Positions 45,404-55,090 of a stretch of DNA of 64,000 nt are shown one piece after another. Each line of letters opens with the position of its first letter. Positions within the stretch are counted from its first letter, which is position 1. The notes under the pieces were generated by a model, which had not been told where the DNA came from, made no database searches, and saw only the letters and a program-made list of their open reading frames with translations. The position numbers and the translations under genes are program-made. Source of the stretch: Polyangiales bacterium (GTDB lineage: Bacteria > Myxococcota_A > Polyangia > Polyangiales > Ga0077539); assembly GCA_041389885.1 (NCBI GenBank), contig JAWKRB010000006.1, positions 67,101 through 131,100 of the forward strand, written 5' to 3'.

Positions 45404-47929
45404 CTAGCGCCCCGCCGCCGCGGGGGCCGCGATGGGCGTGGGCGTGGTGAGCAGCGGCGAGCCGAGCACCGCGGGGGCGAGGACCGAGGACGGCGCCGCG
45501 GCGGGGGCCGAGGAGGGCGCGCCGCTGCTGCTCTCTTCGGACGGGAGGTCGATGGCCTCGGAGGGCACGTGCGGCGGCGGCGTTCGGGGTCGGGTGGCCG
45601 ACTCGAACTCGGCGCGGGCGCGCAGGTCGCGGATCGACTGACGTATCTCTTCGACCAGCCCGTTGGTGCGCGTGTAGTCCCGCGGGGCCTCGTACTCGGC
45701 CTGGTCCGAGAACACGAAGTACCGGTCGAGGAACTCCTGCCGCTCGCGCATCTTGCGCTCGAAGATCCGCCGCAGGTCGCTCTGGTCGCGGATCACGTAC
45801 GGCGTGAGGAAGAGCAGCAGGTTCGAGCGCTGCTGCGTGCGCGTCGTGCGGCGAAACAGCGCGCCCAGGATCGGGATGTCGCCGAGGATCGGCACGCGCT
45901 CCTCGCTCTGCGTGTCGGCCGTGCGGATGAGCCCGCCGATGACCACGGTGTTCTGGTCCTGCACCACCGCGACGGTCTTCGCCGTGCGTCGGTTGATGGT
46001 CACGGCGCCGAGCTGACCGCCCGAGCTCGCGCCCACCTCGGAGATCTCCTCGTCGATCTCCAGGCGCACCTCGTCCGAGTCGTTCACGTGGGGCGTGATG
46101 CGAATCTTCGTGCCGACGTCCTGGCGAGGGGCCGCGAAGCCGCCGCCGAGGCCCAGGCCCGCGAGGCCCGCGAGGCCCGCGGTCGCCGACGACCCGCCCG
46201 CCAGCGCCGCGACGTTGCCGATGCCGCCCACGTTCGTCTGCAGCGGCACGTTCTGCCCGACGTTGATGTCGGCCGGCGAGTTGTCGGTCGCGAGGATGTG
46301 CGGCGTCGAGAGCACGTTGGCGTCGCCGCTCGACGCGAGCGCGTTGAGGGTGACGCCGAAGGACGGGAGCGAGATCCCCACGCCCGGCAGCAGGTTCTGC
46401 GAGCCCGCGAGCTGCGGCCCGCGCACGCCGAGGGCGAGCCCCGAGAGGGAGTCCTGCCCCAGCAGGATGCTGTTGAGCGCGTTGAACCCGCCGATGGCGA
46501 CGCCGTTGTTCCCGGTGCTGTCGAGGGGCAGGGCGCCGTGAAAATTCAAGCCCAGGGTGTTCGAGCGGTTCACCGACAGCTCCATCACCACGGCCTCGAT
46601 GAACACCTGCCGCCGGGCCCGGTCGAGCTCGTCGATCACCCTCCGGAGGCTCACGTAGTCCCGCGGCGACGACGTGATGATGAGCGCGTTGCTGGGCTTG
46701 TCGGCGCTGATGCGCACGGGGCCCTCGAACACCGCGTTGGTGCCCCGGCTGGCCTGCCCCGCCGCGGTGCCGCCCGTGCGGCCGCCGTTGGCGACGGCGT
46801 TGAGGGTTGTCGCGACCTCGTCGGCCGTGGCGTGCTGCAGCCGGAGCACCCGCACCTGGCCCTCGCCTTCGATGGACGTGTCGAGGCGGCGCATGAGCTC
46901 GAGCACGCGGAGGTACATCCGCTGAGACGCGATGATCACCAGAGAGTTCGTGCGGTCATCGGGGAGGATGCGCGAGACGCTGCCCGCGGTGTTCCCGGCG
47001 GGGGCGCCCGCCGCGGGGCGAGGCGTGCCCGCGCGCCCCGAGAGGATCTCGGTGAGCCTCGTGGCGAGCTCGCTCGCGAGGGCGTGGTGCACGGGCTCGA
47101 CCCAGATCTGCTCGCCCACGCTCGGCACGTCGATCTCGCCGAGGATCTGCACCATGCGACGTATGCCCGCCGCGGTGTCGGTGATGATCAGCGCGTTCGT
47201 CGCCGCGTGCGGGGTGATGTCGCCGTCGCGAGACTTGAAGTGACCCAGCACCGTCGCGGCCTCGTCGGTCGCGATGTTCGCGAGGCGAACGATGCGGGTG
47301 ATGTACCGGTCGCCCGTGGGCGTCGAGTCGCCCGGCCCGTAGGTGGGCACGGGCTGCGTCGCGATGCCCGCGCTCTCCTCGATCTTGAGGTAGCGACCCG
47401 CGGGGACCACGGTCATCCCGTTCACCTGCAGCACCGAGACGAAGGCCTGGTAGGCCTCGCCCGGCGTCACCTTCGTGGGCGAGTAGATGGTGGTCTTGAT
47501 CGACCGCACCTTGCCCGGAATGATGAAGCGGCGGCCGGTGATGTTGCCGATCGCCCGCACGAGGTCGGGGAGGTCGGCGTCCTGGAGGTTGAAGGTGATC
47601 CGCGCGCCGGGCGGCAGCGCCCGAAACTCGATGCCAGGATCGAAGTCGTGGATGTTCGCACCGTTGCCAGCGGCCTCGGCCACCGACCCGATGGTGGGCG
47701 TCGTCACCCGCTGCCCCGGCGCGTTCCCCGCGGCCGTGGGCGCGGCGGGCGCGGCGGCCGTCGGCGGCCTCGCGGCCACCGGCGGGATCGTCGGCGCGGC
47801 GCCGATGGCGGTGGGGTTGATCGCCCGACGCCTCGCAGGCTGCGCCCACGTGACCAGGGGCAGCAGGAGCGTCGCGAGCGCGAGGGCCGCGCTGAGGATC
47901 TTGGAAGGCGGTGTATTCCGTGCGGTCAT
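45404..47929 (-). CDS. gspD: Type II secretion outer-membrane secretin GspD
   Basis: Signal peptide MTARNTPPSKILSAALALATLLLPLVTWA. N0-N3 domains and a secretin C-domain are present (VVIGGLIRT…VPILGDIPILGALFR). Confidence 0.85.
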   Translation of the reverse strand: MTARNTPPSKILSAALALATLLLPLVTWAQPARRRAINPTAIGAAPTIPPVAARPPTAAAPAAPTAAGNAPGQRVTTPTIGSVAEAAGNGANIHDFDPGIEFRALPPGARITFNLQDADLPDLVRAIGNITGRRFIIPGKVRSIKTTIYSPTKVTPGEAYQAFVSVLQVNGMTVVPAGRYLKIEESAGIATQPVPTYGPGDSTPTGDRYITRIVRLANIATDEAATVLGHFKSRDGDITPHAATNALIITDTAAGIRRMVQILGEIDVPSVGEQIWVEPVHHALASELATRLTEILSGRAGTPRPAAGAPAGNTAGSVSRILPDDRTNSLVIIASQRMYLRVLELMRRLDTSIEGEGQVRVLRLQHATADEVATTLNAVANGGRTGGTAAGQASRGTNAVFEGPVRISADKPSNALIITSSPRDYVSLRRVIDELDRARRQVFIEAVVMELSVNRSNTLGLNFHGALPLDSTGNNGVAIGGFNALNSILLGQDSLSGLALGVRGPQLAGSQNLLPGVGISLPSFGVTLNALASSGDANVLSTPHILATDNSPADINVGQNVPLQTNVGGIGNVAALAGGSSATAGLAGLAGLGLGGGFAAPRQDVGTKIRITPHVNDSDEVRLEIDEEISEVGASSGGQLGAVTINRRTAKTVAVVQDQNTVVIGGLIRTADTQSEERVPILGDIPILGALFRRTTRTQQRSNLLLFLTPYVIRDQSDLRRIFERKMRERQEFLDRYFVFSDQAEYEAPRDYTRTNGLVEEIRQSIRDLRARAEFESATRPRTPPPHVPSEAIDLPSEESSSGAPSSAPAAAPSSVLAPAVLGSPLLTTPTPIAAPAAAGR

Positions 47930-47934
47930 GCGGC

Positions 47935-49032
47935 TCAACGGATGTGAAAGTCGATGTTCACCGGCTGACCGTTGCGGGTCACCGAGATCTGCAGGTTGTC
48001 GCTCGTGCGCAGGCGGGAGTAGGCCTCGAGCGCGCGGTCGGGTGAGGCGATGTCGAGGCCGTTGATGCGGTTCAACACGTCGCCGTTGCTCAGCCCCAGG
48101 CGGCCGAGCAGCGAGTTGCCGCGCACGCCGAAGAGCTGAACGCCGATCACGCGGCCGCCCTCCTCTCGCGGCATGATGCGCGTCGTGCGCATGAGCTCGG
48201 CCTGGTTCTCGAGGATGCGATCCACCGCCGACCTCGGGATGTTGAACTCGTTCGGCCCCACCCGCTGGATCTGATCGAAGACCGCTCCGAGGGCGCCTCC
48301 CGGAGCGGGCCCCGCGGGGGCGGGCGCCGCGACCGCGACCGGCGCCGGGGGGGCGGCGGCGCGCTCGGGCATGCGCTGCGCGAGAAAGCACCGCGGGCCG
48401 CCCCCGGGGGGGCGGAGCAGCACGTACGCGCCGATGTAGCTGTCGGGCAGGTCGGGGTTCGGCGGGCACTGGGCGATGATCCCGACGCTCCGGCCGTCGA
48501 TGGTGTGGCCGAGGCGGTAGGGCATGGCCGCGCCGCTGCCGGTCGGCTGCACGAACACGAAGGACCACAGCATGTCTTCGCTCACCACCGCGCCGACGAG
48601 CTTCGCCTGCGTCTCGCAGGGGAGCGGGTGCGGCGCGCCCTGCCGCGTCGCGAGGAGCGGGTCACAGGCCGCCGGCGGGAGGATCACCTCGTTGTCGGGC
48701 GCCTCGGCGCCGCCGTCGGAGACCGTCGCGTCGGGGTCGCCGGCGTCGCAGTCGAGGCAACCCGCGTCGGAGTCGAACACGTTCCGGTGCACGATCGCCG
48801 TGCGGTCTCGCACGTGGAGGTTCTGCACCTCCGGGGCGATCGTGCGGGCCCGCGCCGCGGCGTTGGGCAGCGGGCGCGCGAGGGAGTCGGTGTCGGCGGC
48901 GAAGAGGCTCGCGGCGAAGAGGTCGTTGGTGCCGCGCGCGGCGAAGAACGCGCACGGGACCAGCGCCGCGAGGGTCACCACCCACGCGTGTCGCCGCAGA
49001 ACGTTCTCAAGCTTTGCCAGGATGCTTCGCAT
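47935..49032 (-). CDS. gspC: Type II secretion protein GspC
   Basis: The protein is bitopic (WVVTLAALVPCAFFAARG) with a C-terminal PDZ domain (GVQLFGVRGNSLLGRLGLSNGDVLNRINGLDIASPDRALE). It lies immediately upstream of gspD. Confidence 0.65.
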   Translation of the reverse strand: MRSILAKLENVLRRHAWVVTLAALVPCAFFAARGTNDLFAASLFAADTDSLARPLPNAAARARTIAPEVQNLHVRDRTAIVHRNVFDSDAGCLDCDAGDPDATVSDGGAEAPDNEVILPPAACDPLLATRQGAPHPLPCETQAKLVGAVVSEDMLWSFVFVQPTGSGAAMPYRLGHTIDGRSVGIIAQCPPNPDLPDSYIGAYVLLRPPGGGPRCFLAQRMPERAAAPPAPVAVAAPAPAGPAPGGALGAVFDQIQRVGPNEFNIPRSAVDRILENQAELMRTTRIMPREEGGRVIGVQLFGVRGNSLLGRLGLSNGDVLNRINGLDIASPDRALEAYSRLRTSDNLQISVTRNGQPVNIDFHIR

Positions 49033-49215
49033 GCCTCTCCGCTCCCTATCGCAGCCCCCGTGCCACCGCCGGCCGGGGCGGCCGAACGCTCAGTTTCTTG
49101 GCGCTCTGGGGGAGTCGCCCGCCGCCGCCGCTGCCGAACTGGCAGCCCGGCGACCCGAGGAGCCCGACGGGCCGTGCCATTTTGGCAACGCGCCCGAGGG
49201 GCCCCGAGGCGTGGA

Positions 49216-49977
49216 TCAATTCCGCGACTCGAACACGCAGGAGTGCGTCGTGCCGCAGCGCAGGCCGTTGCGGCAGTCGTTGTTCGTCTGGCACGGCTCG
49301 CCCAGGTCGGCGGTGCCGCGCGTCGGCGTCGCAGGACGCCCCGCGTCGCGCCCCGCCGAGGGGCCGGTCATCGCCCCGCAGGTGACCGGCGGCGCCTGAC
49401 CGGGGAGCACCGGCGCGGGGTGCGAGCGGCGCTCGACGATCGCGACCTGGACCGGCCGGATGTCGGTGCCCGCGCTGCCGTTCGGCGCGCCCGACGAGTC
49501 GATCGACTGGATGTAGTACTCGATGCGCGGCGGAAAGATGTCGTCGCAGGGGATCAGCGCGCCGTAGCCGTTCGGCATGCGAAACTGCTGCCCCATCGGC
49601 TGCATCCGGAGCTCGGTGAAGCGACGGGCGCCGACGCCACGGTAGAACACCGAGACGTGATCGATGGGCGCGCTGCTGCGCACCTGCGCGAACACCGGCA
49701 CGCCCGTGCGCGCGAGCTGCTCGGGCACGGGGAAATGAATCAGCGTGCCCTGGCCCAGCTGACGCATGGGCCAGGTGACGTCCGAGGTCGTCGCGTCGAC
49801 GCCCCCGTCAGACGGCGCGGCGTCGGCGGGCGCGGAGGCGTCGGCGCTGGCGTCCATCGACGCGCCCGCGTCGGCCGCGGTCGGCGATCGACGGTTGTTG
49901 CCGCGAGGCTGCGCGACGACGGCGGTGGCCGAACCTACCAGGAGGACCACGAAAATGGCTGATACAGACCGGCGCAT
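49216..49977 (-). CDS. Secreted hypothetical protein with a Cys-rich C-terminus
   Basis: Signal peptide MRRSVSAIFVVLLVGSATAVVAQP. The C-terminus is EPCQTNNDCRNGLRCGTTHSCV. It lies upstream of gspC on the same strand. Confidence 0.5.
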   Translation of the reverse strand: MRRSVSAIFVVLLVGSATAVVAQPRGNNRRSPTAADAGASMDASADASAPADAAPSDGGVDATTSDVTWPMRQLGQGTLIHFPVPEQLARTGVPVFAQVRSSAPIDHVSVFYRGVGARRFTELRMQPMGQQFRMPNGYGALIPCDDIFPPRIEYYIQSIDSSGAPNGSAGTDIRPVQVAIVERRSHPAPVLPGQAPPVTCGAMTGPSAGRDAGRPATPTRGTADLGEPCQTNNDCRNGLRCGTTHSCVFESRN

Positions 49978-50079
49978 GGGGGCCGGACACTCCTGCAAGC
50001 GGGGCCTCAACGTCAAGGGGTGCCAGCCCTGCGCGGCCGAGATGGTTGACCCCGCGCGCGCCCGCGCTTCAATGACGCG

Positions 50080-50712
50080 GTGACGCAGAAGCCGCCTCGC
50101 CTGGTGTGGTCCCCGGGTCGCTTTCACCCCGCGGTGATGCTCCCCGACCCCTGCGAGGTCTTCGACCTCACCCGCGGCTACGACCCCGAGCGCGCCCGCG
50201 CGTCGCGCTGGGGCATCGGTCGATACGACGAGCGCCGCCCCGGGATGTACACCGGGGCCCTCTTCGACGAAGGCGCCCGTGACCTCCACGTCGGCGTCGA
50301 CCTCGCCGCCCCGGTGGGGGTGGCCGTGCACGCGTTCGCGGACGGGGTCGTTCACCGCTTCGGCGTGAACCCCGCGCCGGGCGACTACGGGTTCACCGTG
50401 ATCACCGCCCATGTCTATGAAGGGCGCGCGCTCTACGCGCTGCACGGGCACCTCTCGGCCCGCTCGATCGAGGGCCTCGTCGAGGGCCGCCGGCTCTCCC
50501 AGGGCGAGGTGTTCGCGTGGATCGGTGACCGCCACGAGAACGGGGGGTGGAACCCGCACCTGCATTTTCAGCTCTCCTGGGAGCGCCCCGAGACCCACGA
50601 CCTCCCCGGCGTCGTGCGGTACCGCGACCGGGCCGAGGCGCTGGCTCGCTTCCCCGACCCCCGAGGGGTGCTGGGGCCGATCTACCCTGATCAGGAAGTC
50701 GCTGGCGCATGA
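50080..50712 (+). CDS. M23-family (LytM-like) metallopeptidase
   Basis: HVGVDLAAPVGVAVHAFADGVV matches the M23 HxxxD motif and NPHLHFQL the M23 HxH motif. Confidence 0.7.
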   Translation: MTQKPPRLVWSPGRFHPAVMLPDPCEVFDLTRGYDPERARASRWGIGRYDERRPGMYTGALFDEGARDLHVGVDLAAPVGVAVHAFADGVVHRFGVNPAPGDYGFTVITAHVYEGRALYALHGHLSARSIEGLVEGRRLSQGEVFAWIGDRHENGGWNPHLHFQLSWERPETHDLPGVVRYRDRAEALARFPDPRGVLGPIYPDQEVAGA

Positions 50713-52286
50713 CGAGGGCGCCCGGGCTCCGTATGCTGCCGATGGTGCGCGGATTCTTGCTGGTGATGCTCGCCCTGACGTGCGGGGCGTGCGGTGGAGA
50801 GCGGCGGCCTGGGGCGATCTCGACCGACGCCTCGTTCGCGGACCTGGGCGCGCGCCCCGACGCGGCACGGCTCGACGTGGTCCCGGTCGACCCCTGCGCC
50901 CCCCCCGCGTGCGGCCCCGTCGAGCGGTGCGGCGTCGGAGCCGACGGCGGCCCCGCCAGCGGGAACGGCGTCGACGACGACTGCGACGGCTTCGTCGACG
51001 AGGGCTGCGCCTGCGTGCCCGGCGAGAGCCGCCCCTGCTTCAACGGACCCCCCGACCGCCGAGGCGTGGGCGCCTGCCGCGACGGCGTCGCCCGGTGCAC
51101 CGAGCTCGCGGCCTGGGTCGGCGGCGAGTGCCGAGGCGCGACGCTGCCCAGCGCCGAGGTCTGCAACGGGATGGACGACGACTGCGATGGCGCGCCCGAC
51201 AACGGGCTCACCGCGTGCGCCACCACCCTGCGCTGTCCGACGAGCTTCGGCGTCGCTCCCCTCGCGGAGTTTCGCCTCGACGGCGCCACCGTCGACCCCA
51301 TGGCCCAGCGCTTCGCGTGGCAGGTGTCGTGCCCCGAGGGGGTGTCTCCCTGCCCGGCCCCCGTCGACCCGAGCGCGTCGGTGCTGCGCGTGAGCTTCCC
51401 GCGCGCGGGGATCTACCCCGTGACCCTGCGGCTCCAGCGCTCGGGCCGGGAAGAGAGCTGCACCTTTCCCGTGTACGTGCAGGGCAGGGGCCTTCGCGTA
51501 GAGCTCGACTGGGACCGCAAGGGAGGCATCGGCGCGCCGGGCGTCGACATGGACCTCCACGTGGCGCCCATCGACGCCCGGAGGGTCGAGAGCTACCGCT
51601 GGTTCACGCCGGATGACTGCTATTTTCAGACCTGCAAGGCCCCCGGCGGCACCGTGCGATGGAGCGTCGACGACGCCGACACGCGCTTCGCCCCCAGCGC
51701 GACGGCCGAGGGCTGCGCGACGTCGCCGCCCCCGTGGGGCGCGATGTGGGCGGCGTCGGGGCGCTGCTGGAACCCCAGACTCGACGTCGACAACATCGAG
51801 TGCGACCCCTCGCTCACCGACGCGCAGAGCCCGAGCTACTGCTTCCCCGAGAACGCCGCGGTCGACGACCCCGCCTCCGACGTGACCTTTCGGCTCATGG
51901 TGAATTTCTACCGGGATCACGGCACCTGCGCCGACGGCGACGCGTCGAACGACGTGGTGCACCCGACGGTGGCGATCCACTGCGGCGGGGTGACGCGCGC
52001 CGTGCTCGGAGACGTCGACGACGGGCAGGTCCCCATGCGGTGCCAGGACAACCCTTCGCGAGGCTCGGCGAACTGGTCCTGGCTGGTCGCCGACGTGCGC
52101 TTCACCGACAACGCGTGCGGGGTGCGAGACTGCGCGGTGCGCCCGCTGCGGGCCGCGCAGGGGCGCTTCACGGCCTGCGCCGCCGCCACCGAGGTCGACG
52201 ACGTGTGCGTCGACCCAGGAGGGAGGGTCTTCGTGCGCAACGCCGGGTCGAGGCCTGTCGACAGCGAGATCGCAGAATCCCGCTGA
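50709..52286 (+). CDS. Lipoprotein with MopE-type Cys-rich putative metal-binding motifs
   Basis: MLPMVRGFLLVMLALTCGACGG is a lipobox. Two CNGxDDDCDGxxDE motifs are present (NGVDDDCDGFVDEGC and NGMDDDCDGAPDNG). The start overlaps the M23 gene stop. Confidence 0.6.
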   Translation: MTRAPGLRMLPMVRGFLLVMLALTCGACGGERRPGAISTDASFADLGARPDAARLDVVPVDPCAPPACGPVERCGVGADGGPASGNGVDDDCDGFVDEGCACVPGESRPCFNGPPDRRGVGACRDGVARCTELAAWVGGECRGATLPSAEVCNGMDDDCDGAPDNGLTACATTLRCPTSFGVAPLAEFRLDGATVDPMAQRFAWQVSCPEGVSPCPAPVDPSASVLRVSFPRAGIYPVTLRLQRSGREESCTFPVYVQGRGLRVELDWDRKGGIGAPGVDMDLHVAPIDARRVESYRWFTPDDCYFQTCKAPGGTVRWSVDDADTRFAPSATAEGCATSPPPWGAMWAASGRCWNPRLDVDNIECDPSLTDAQSPSYCFPENAAVDDPASDVTFRLMVNFYRDHGTCADGDASNDVVHPTVAIHCGGVTRAVLGDVDDGQVPMRCQDNPSRGSANWSWLVADVRFTDNACGVRDCAVRPLRAAQGRFTACAAATEVDDVCVDPGGRVFVRNAGSRPVDSEIAESR

Positions 52287-52342
52287 GGCGCCCGCGCGCC
52301 GCGTTGCGCGTGGAGTCGAGAGTCTGTTAGCGATTTGGGGAC

Positions 52343-53872
52343 GTGTCAGTCGCTCGTCTCACCCCGAGACCCGGCCGTCGACGCACCGGCTCCACGGCGG
52401 ATCGGAGGGAGAGAAAGTCCTCCGCCGACCTGAAGCCGGGAGACGTCCGCGCGCTAGGCAAGGCATTCGACGCCCTGATCCGATCGATCAGGATGCAGGG
52501 CCACGCCGTGCCCGGCGCCGCCGAGCGCGCCCACGCCGTGTGGAGCGTGATCCCCGGCGCGGCGCTGGAGATCGCCGCCACGAAGGTCAGCGTGCGCGGT
52601 CAGGCCGCGCTCGAGGCGAGCGAGAGCGACGGCCGCTGGCTGCTCCCCGCGTTCATGTCGGGCCTGCGCCTCGTCAAGCCCAAGGTCGAGATGAGCGCGG
52701 AGGACCTGCAGCTCCTCGCCGACGCCCTCGCGCGGCTCGAGAGCGACGTCGAGTCCATCGGGCGGTTCCGCGACTGGCTCTGGAGCGGCGCCGCCACCGG
52801 CTTCGACGTCGAGCTCCAGCACAGCTTCATGGAGGTGCTCGACGACGCGCCCGTGGACGCCCCCACGGACGGCGGGATCTACGAGCCCGCGCAGGCGGTC
52901 TCGGCCGTGCGCACCGAGGTCATGCGCGCGATCTCCGAGCAGGCCGTCGCGATCTCGGCGCGGGTGCTCGCCGAGGCCGCGGCCCGCGACGAGGTCGCCC
53001 TGCCCCTGGGCAACGCGGCGCCGTCGGTGGGCAGCGCGCGCTTCGCGATCCCGCCCACCGAGGTCGCCGAGATTCGCGCGGACTGCGAGGACCGACGGCG
53101 CTGGGCCCTCGACGAGACGCTGCTGCTGCTCGCGCATCGCCAGCTCTACGAGGGCGCCCGCCCCGAGCGCATCGCGAGCGCCGTGATCTCGCTGGTCGAG
53201 GACGACGCGCACCACGCCGCCGCGAGCCTCACCGACTCGCTCACCCACCTCGCGCGGCGCAGCGCGCCCTTCGTGCGAGACGTGCTGCGCGCCCTCGATC
53301 GGGAGACCTTCGGCGACGCGCTCGCCGCCGCGCTGCTCAAAGACGTGCGCAACGCCGCGCGCTACGCCGAGGCGCTCCTCGTGATGGGCCCCACGAACTC
53401 GGCGAGGATGACCGCGAAGCTCCTCGAGGCCGCCGCCCGCGACCCCGCGTGGTTCGACGCCCTCGCGTCGATGATGAACGCCTCCGGGGGGCGGCTCACG
53501 CCGATCCTCCTCGACCGCGCCGAGGCGCCCAGCGGGGCGGAGGTCGGGGTGCTCGTGCAGCTCATCGGCGACGAGGCCGTCGACGCGCTCTTCGAGCGAG
53601 CCCGGGCCGACGCCGACCGCTGGGTGGGGCTCGCCTTCGGCGCGCTCTGCCGCGCCGCGGTGGAGCGGGGCAGGGGCCACGCCCTCCTCGTGCCCTTCGT
53701 GCGCGATCGCGGCCTCTCCGTCGCCGCGCGCCTCGAGGCGCTCGAGATCGGGCAGGGCGACGAGGGGCTCGCCGAGGAGCTCCTCGCGTGGAAGGCCACC
53801 GAGCTCCTCGACGCCCCCGCCATGCGAGAGCGCCTGAGGGCGCTGCGTGAGGAGCGGAGGGCGAGGCGTTGA
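52343..53872 (+). CDS. Hypothetical helical-repeat protein
   Basis: The 509-aa product is Ala/Leu/Arg-rich with an alpha-helical repeat character. It is the first gene of the operon ending in the Ser/Thr kinase. The exact start is uncertain. Confidence 0.45.
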   Translation: MSVARLTPRPGRRRTGSTADRRERKSSADLKPGDVRALGKAFDALIRSIRMQGHAVPGAAERAHAVWSVIPGAALEIAATKVSVRGQAALEASESDGRWLLPAFMSGLRLVKPKVEMSAEDLQLLADALARLESDVESIGRFRDWLWSGAATGFDVELQHSFMEVLDDAPVDAPTDGGIYEPAQAVSAVRTEVMRAISEQAVAISARVLAEAAARDEVALPLGNAAPSVGSARFAIPPTEVAEIRADCEDRRRWALDETLLLLAHRQLYEGARPERIASAVISLVEDDAHHAAASLTDSLTHLARRSAPFVRDVLRALDRETFGDALAAALLKDVRNAARYAEALLVMGPTNSARMTAKLLEAAARDPAWFDALASMMNASGGRLTPILLDRAEAPSGAEVGVLVQLIGDEAVDALFERARADADRWVGLAFGALCRAAVERGRGHALLVPFVRDRGLSVAARLEALEIGQGDEGLAEELLAWKATELLDAPAMRERLRALREERRARR

Positions 53873-55084
53873 CGCGCGACCCCAACGAGGTGGGCGAGCA
53901 GGCGAGGGCGATCGTCGAGCGCTTCTACATCCTGACGCGCAACGTCGCGGTGCACGGCGACACCCACCCCCTCGTGGGCCAGAACGCCGAGGCCCTCGCC
54001 GCCGCGATGGACGCCGCGGCGCCGCCCTACGCGCTGCAGTTCGTGGGCCAGGCGGTGTTCATCGACCGCGTGCTCGCGGTGCTCGACGCGCTGAATTTCT
54101 CTCGCTCGCTCAAGCTCGCGCGCTACCTCGCCGCGGTCGGCGTCAACGAGGTGGGCGTCGAGTACACGCCCTCGTCGCAGAACCTCATCGCCCTCGCGCG
54201 CGCGCTGCTCTCGCGGGACGGCGCGGCGCCCAGCGTCGACGGGCTGCACCTGCGCGAGATCCGAGGCGTGAGCGGCGGCGGGGGCTCGGGCGAGGTCATC
54301 GACCCCGAGCTCTTCGCGACGGCGCAGATGGTCCGCTCGCTCATCGAGAGCGAGGGCCTCGAGGCGAGCCTCGAAGGGGGCTGGTCATGGTCGTCTGGGA
54401 TCAGCGTGGTGCGCCGCGTCGAGCGCGCGCGCAACGTCGACCTCGCGGCGTGTCTGCGCTTCATCGAGTTCGCGCCGGGGCCGCGGAGCGTGCCCCGCCG
54501 GGCCCTCGGCGCGCTGGTCACCGTGCTCAGCCCCGCGGGTGGCCTCGCACGCGGCCTTCGCGCTCGGGCTCTATGGGCTCGCCGAGCGCGAGGGCGCGTC
54601 GTTCGTCGAGGCGGTCGAGACTACCCTGCCGAGGCTGATCGAGACGGCCATGGCCGGCGGCACCAGCCTCGACCCGCACCGGCAGCGGGTCTGCGCGCTG
54701 CTGCAGAGCGTGGTCGCCGCGCACGACGAACCCTCGCGGTGGAACCCCCTGGCCCGCTCGGTGGCCCTCGCCTACGACCTCGAGCGGCTGCGCTGCCCGC
54801 TCGGCCCGGAGTTCGACCTCTCTGCCCTTGACCTCCTCGCCTGGGCGTCGCGGGCGGGCGAGCGGGAGCACGCGCGACAGTGGGTCCGCGCCCTCTTCGC
54901 GGCGCACGGCGTGCTGCCGCCGAACGCGAGGGTCCTCGTCGGAGATCAGCAGGGGATTGTCCTGGGCGGCGCGGAGGATGGAGAACCGTTCACTCCTTTG
55001 GTGTATCTCACTGGCGACGGATCCCTCGCGCTGCCGGACGCTCCGGTGACCTTCGCGCGGAGCGCCGTCAAGAAGGAGAGCTAG
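53869..55084 (+). CDS. Hypothetical protein with an apparent frameshift (frame 1 to ~54490, frame 2 from ~54539)
   Basis: Frame 1 is protein-like as far as RFIEFAPGP and then becomes an R/A/G/P-rich junk translation to 54831. Frame 2 is protein-like from VASHAAFALGLYGLAEREG to 55084. The kinase gene follows 6 nt later. Confidence 0.4.
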
Positions 55085-55090
55085 CGCGCG

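Noticed and set aside
43643-47947. 1434-aa ORF on the + strand across the gspE/gspD region
   Set aside because: It is antisense to two well-supported T2SS genes. The translation is extremely Arg/Gly/Ala/Asp-rich low-complexity with no motifs, a typical GC3-driven open frame on the non-coding strand of a 72% GC genome.
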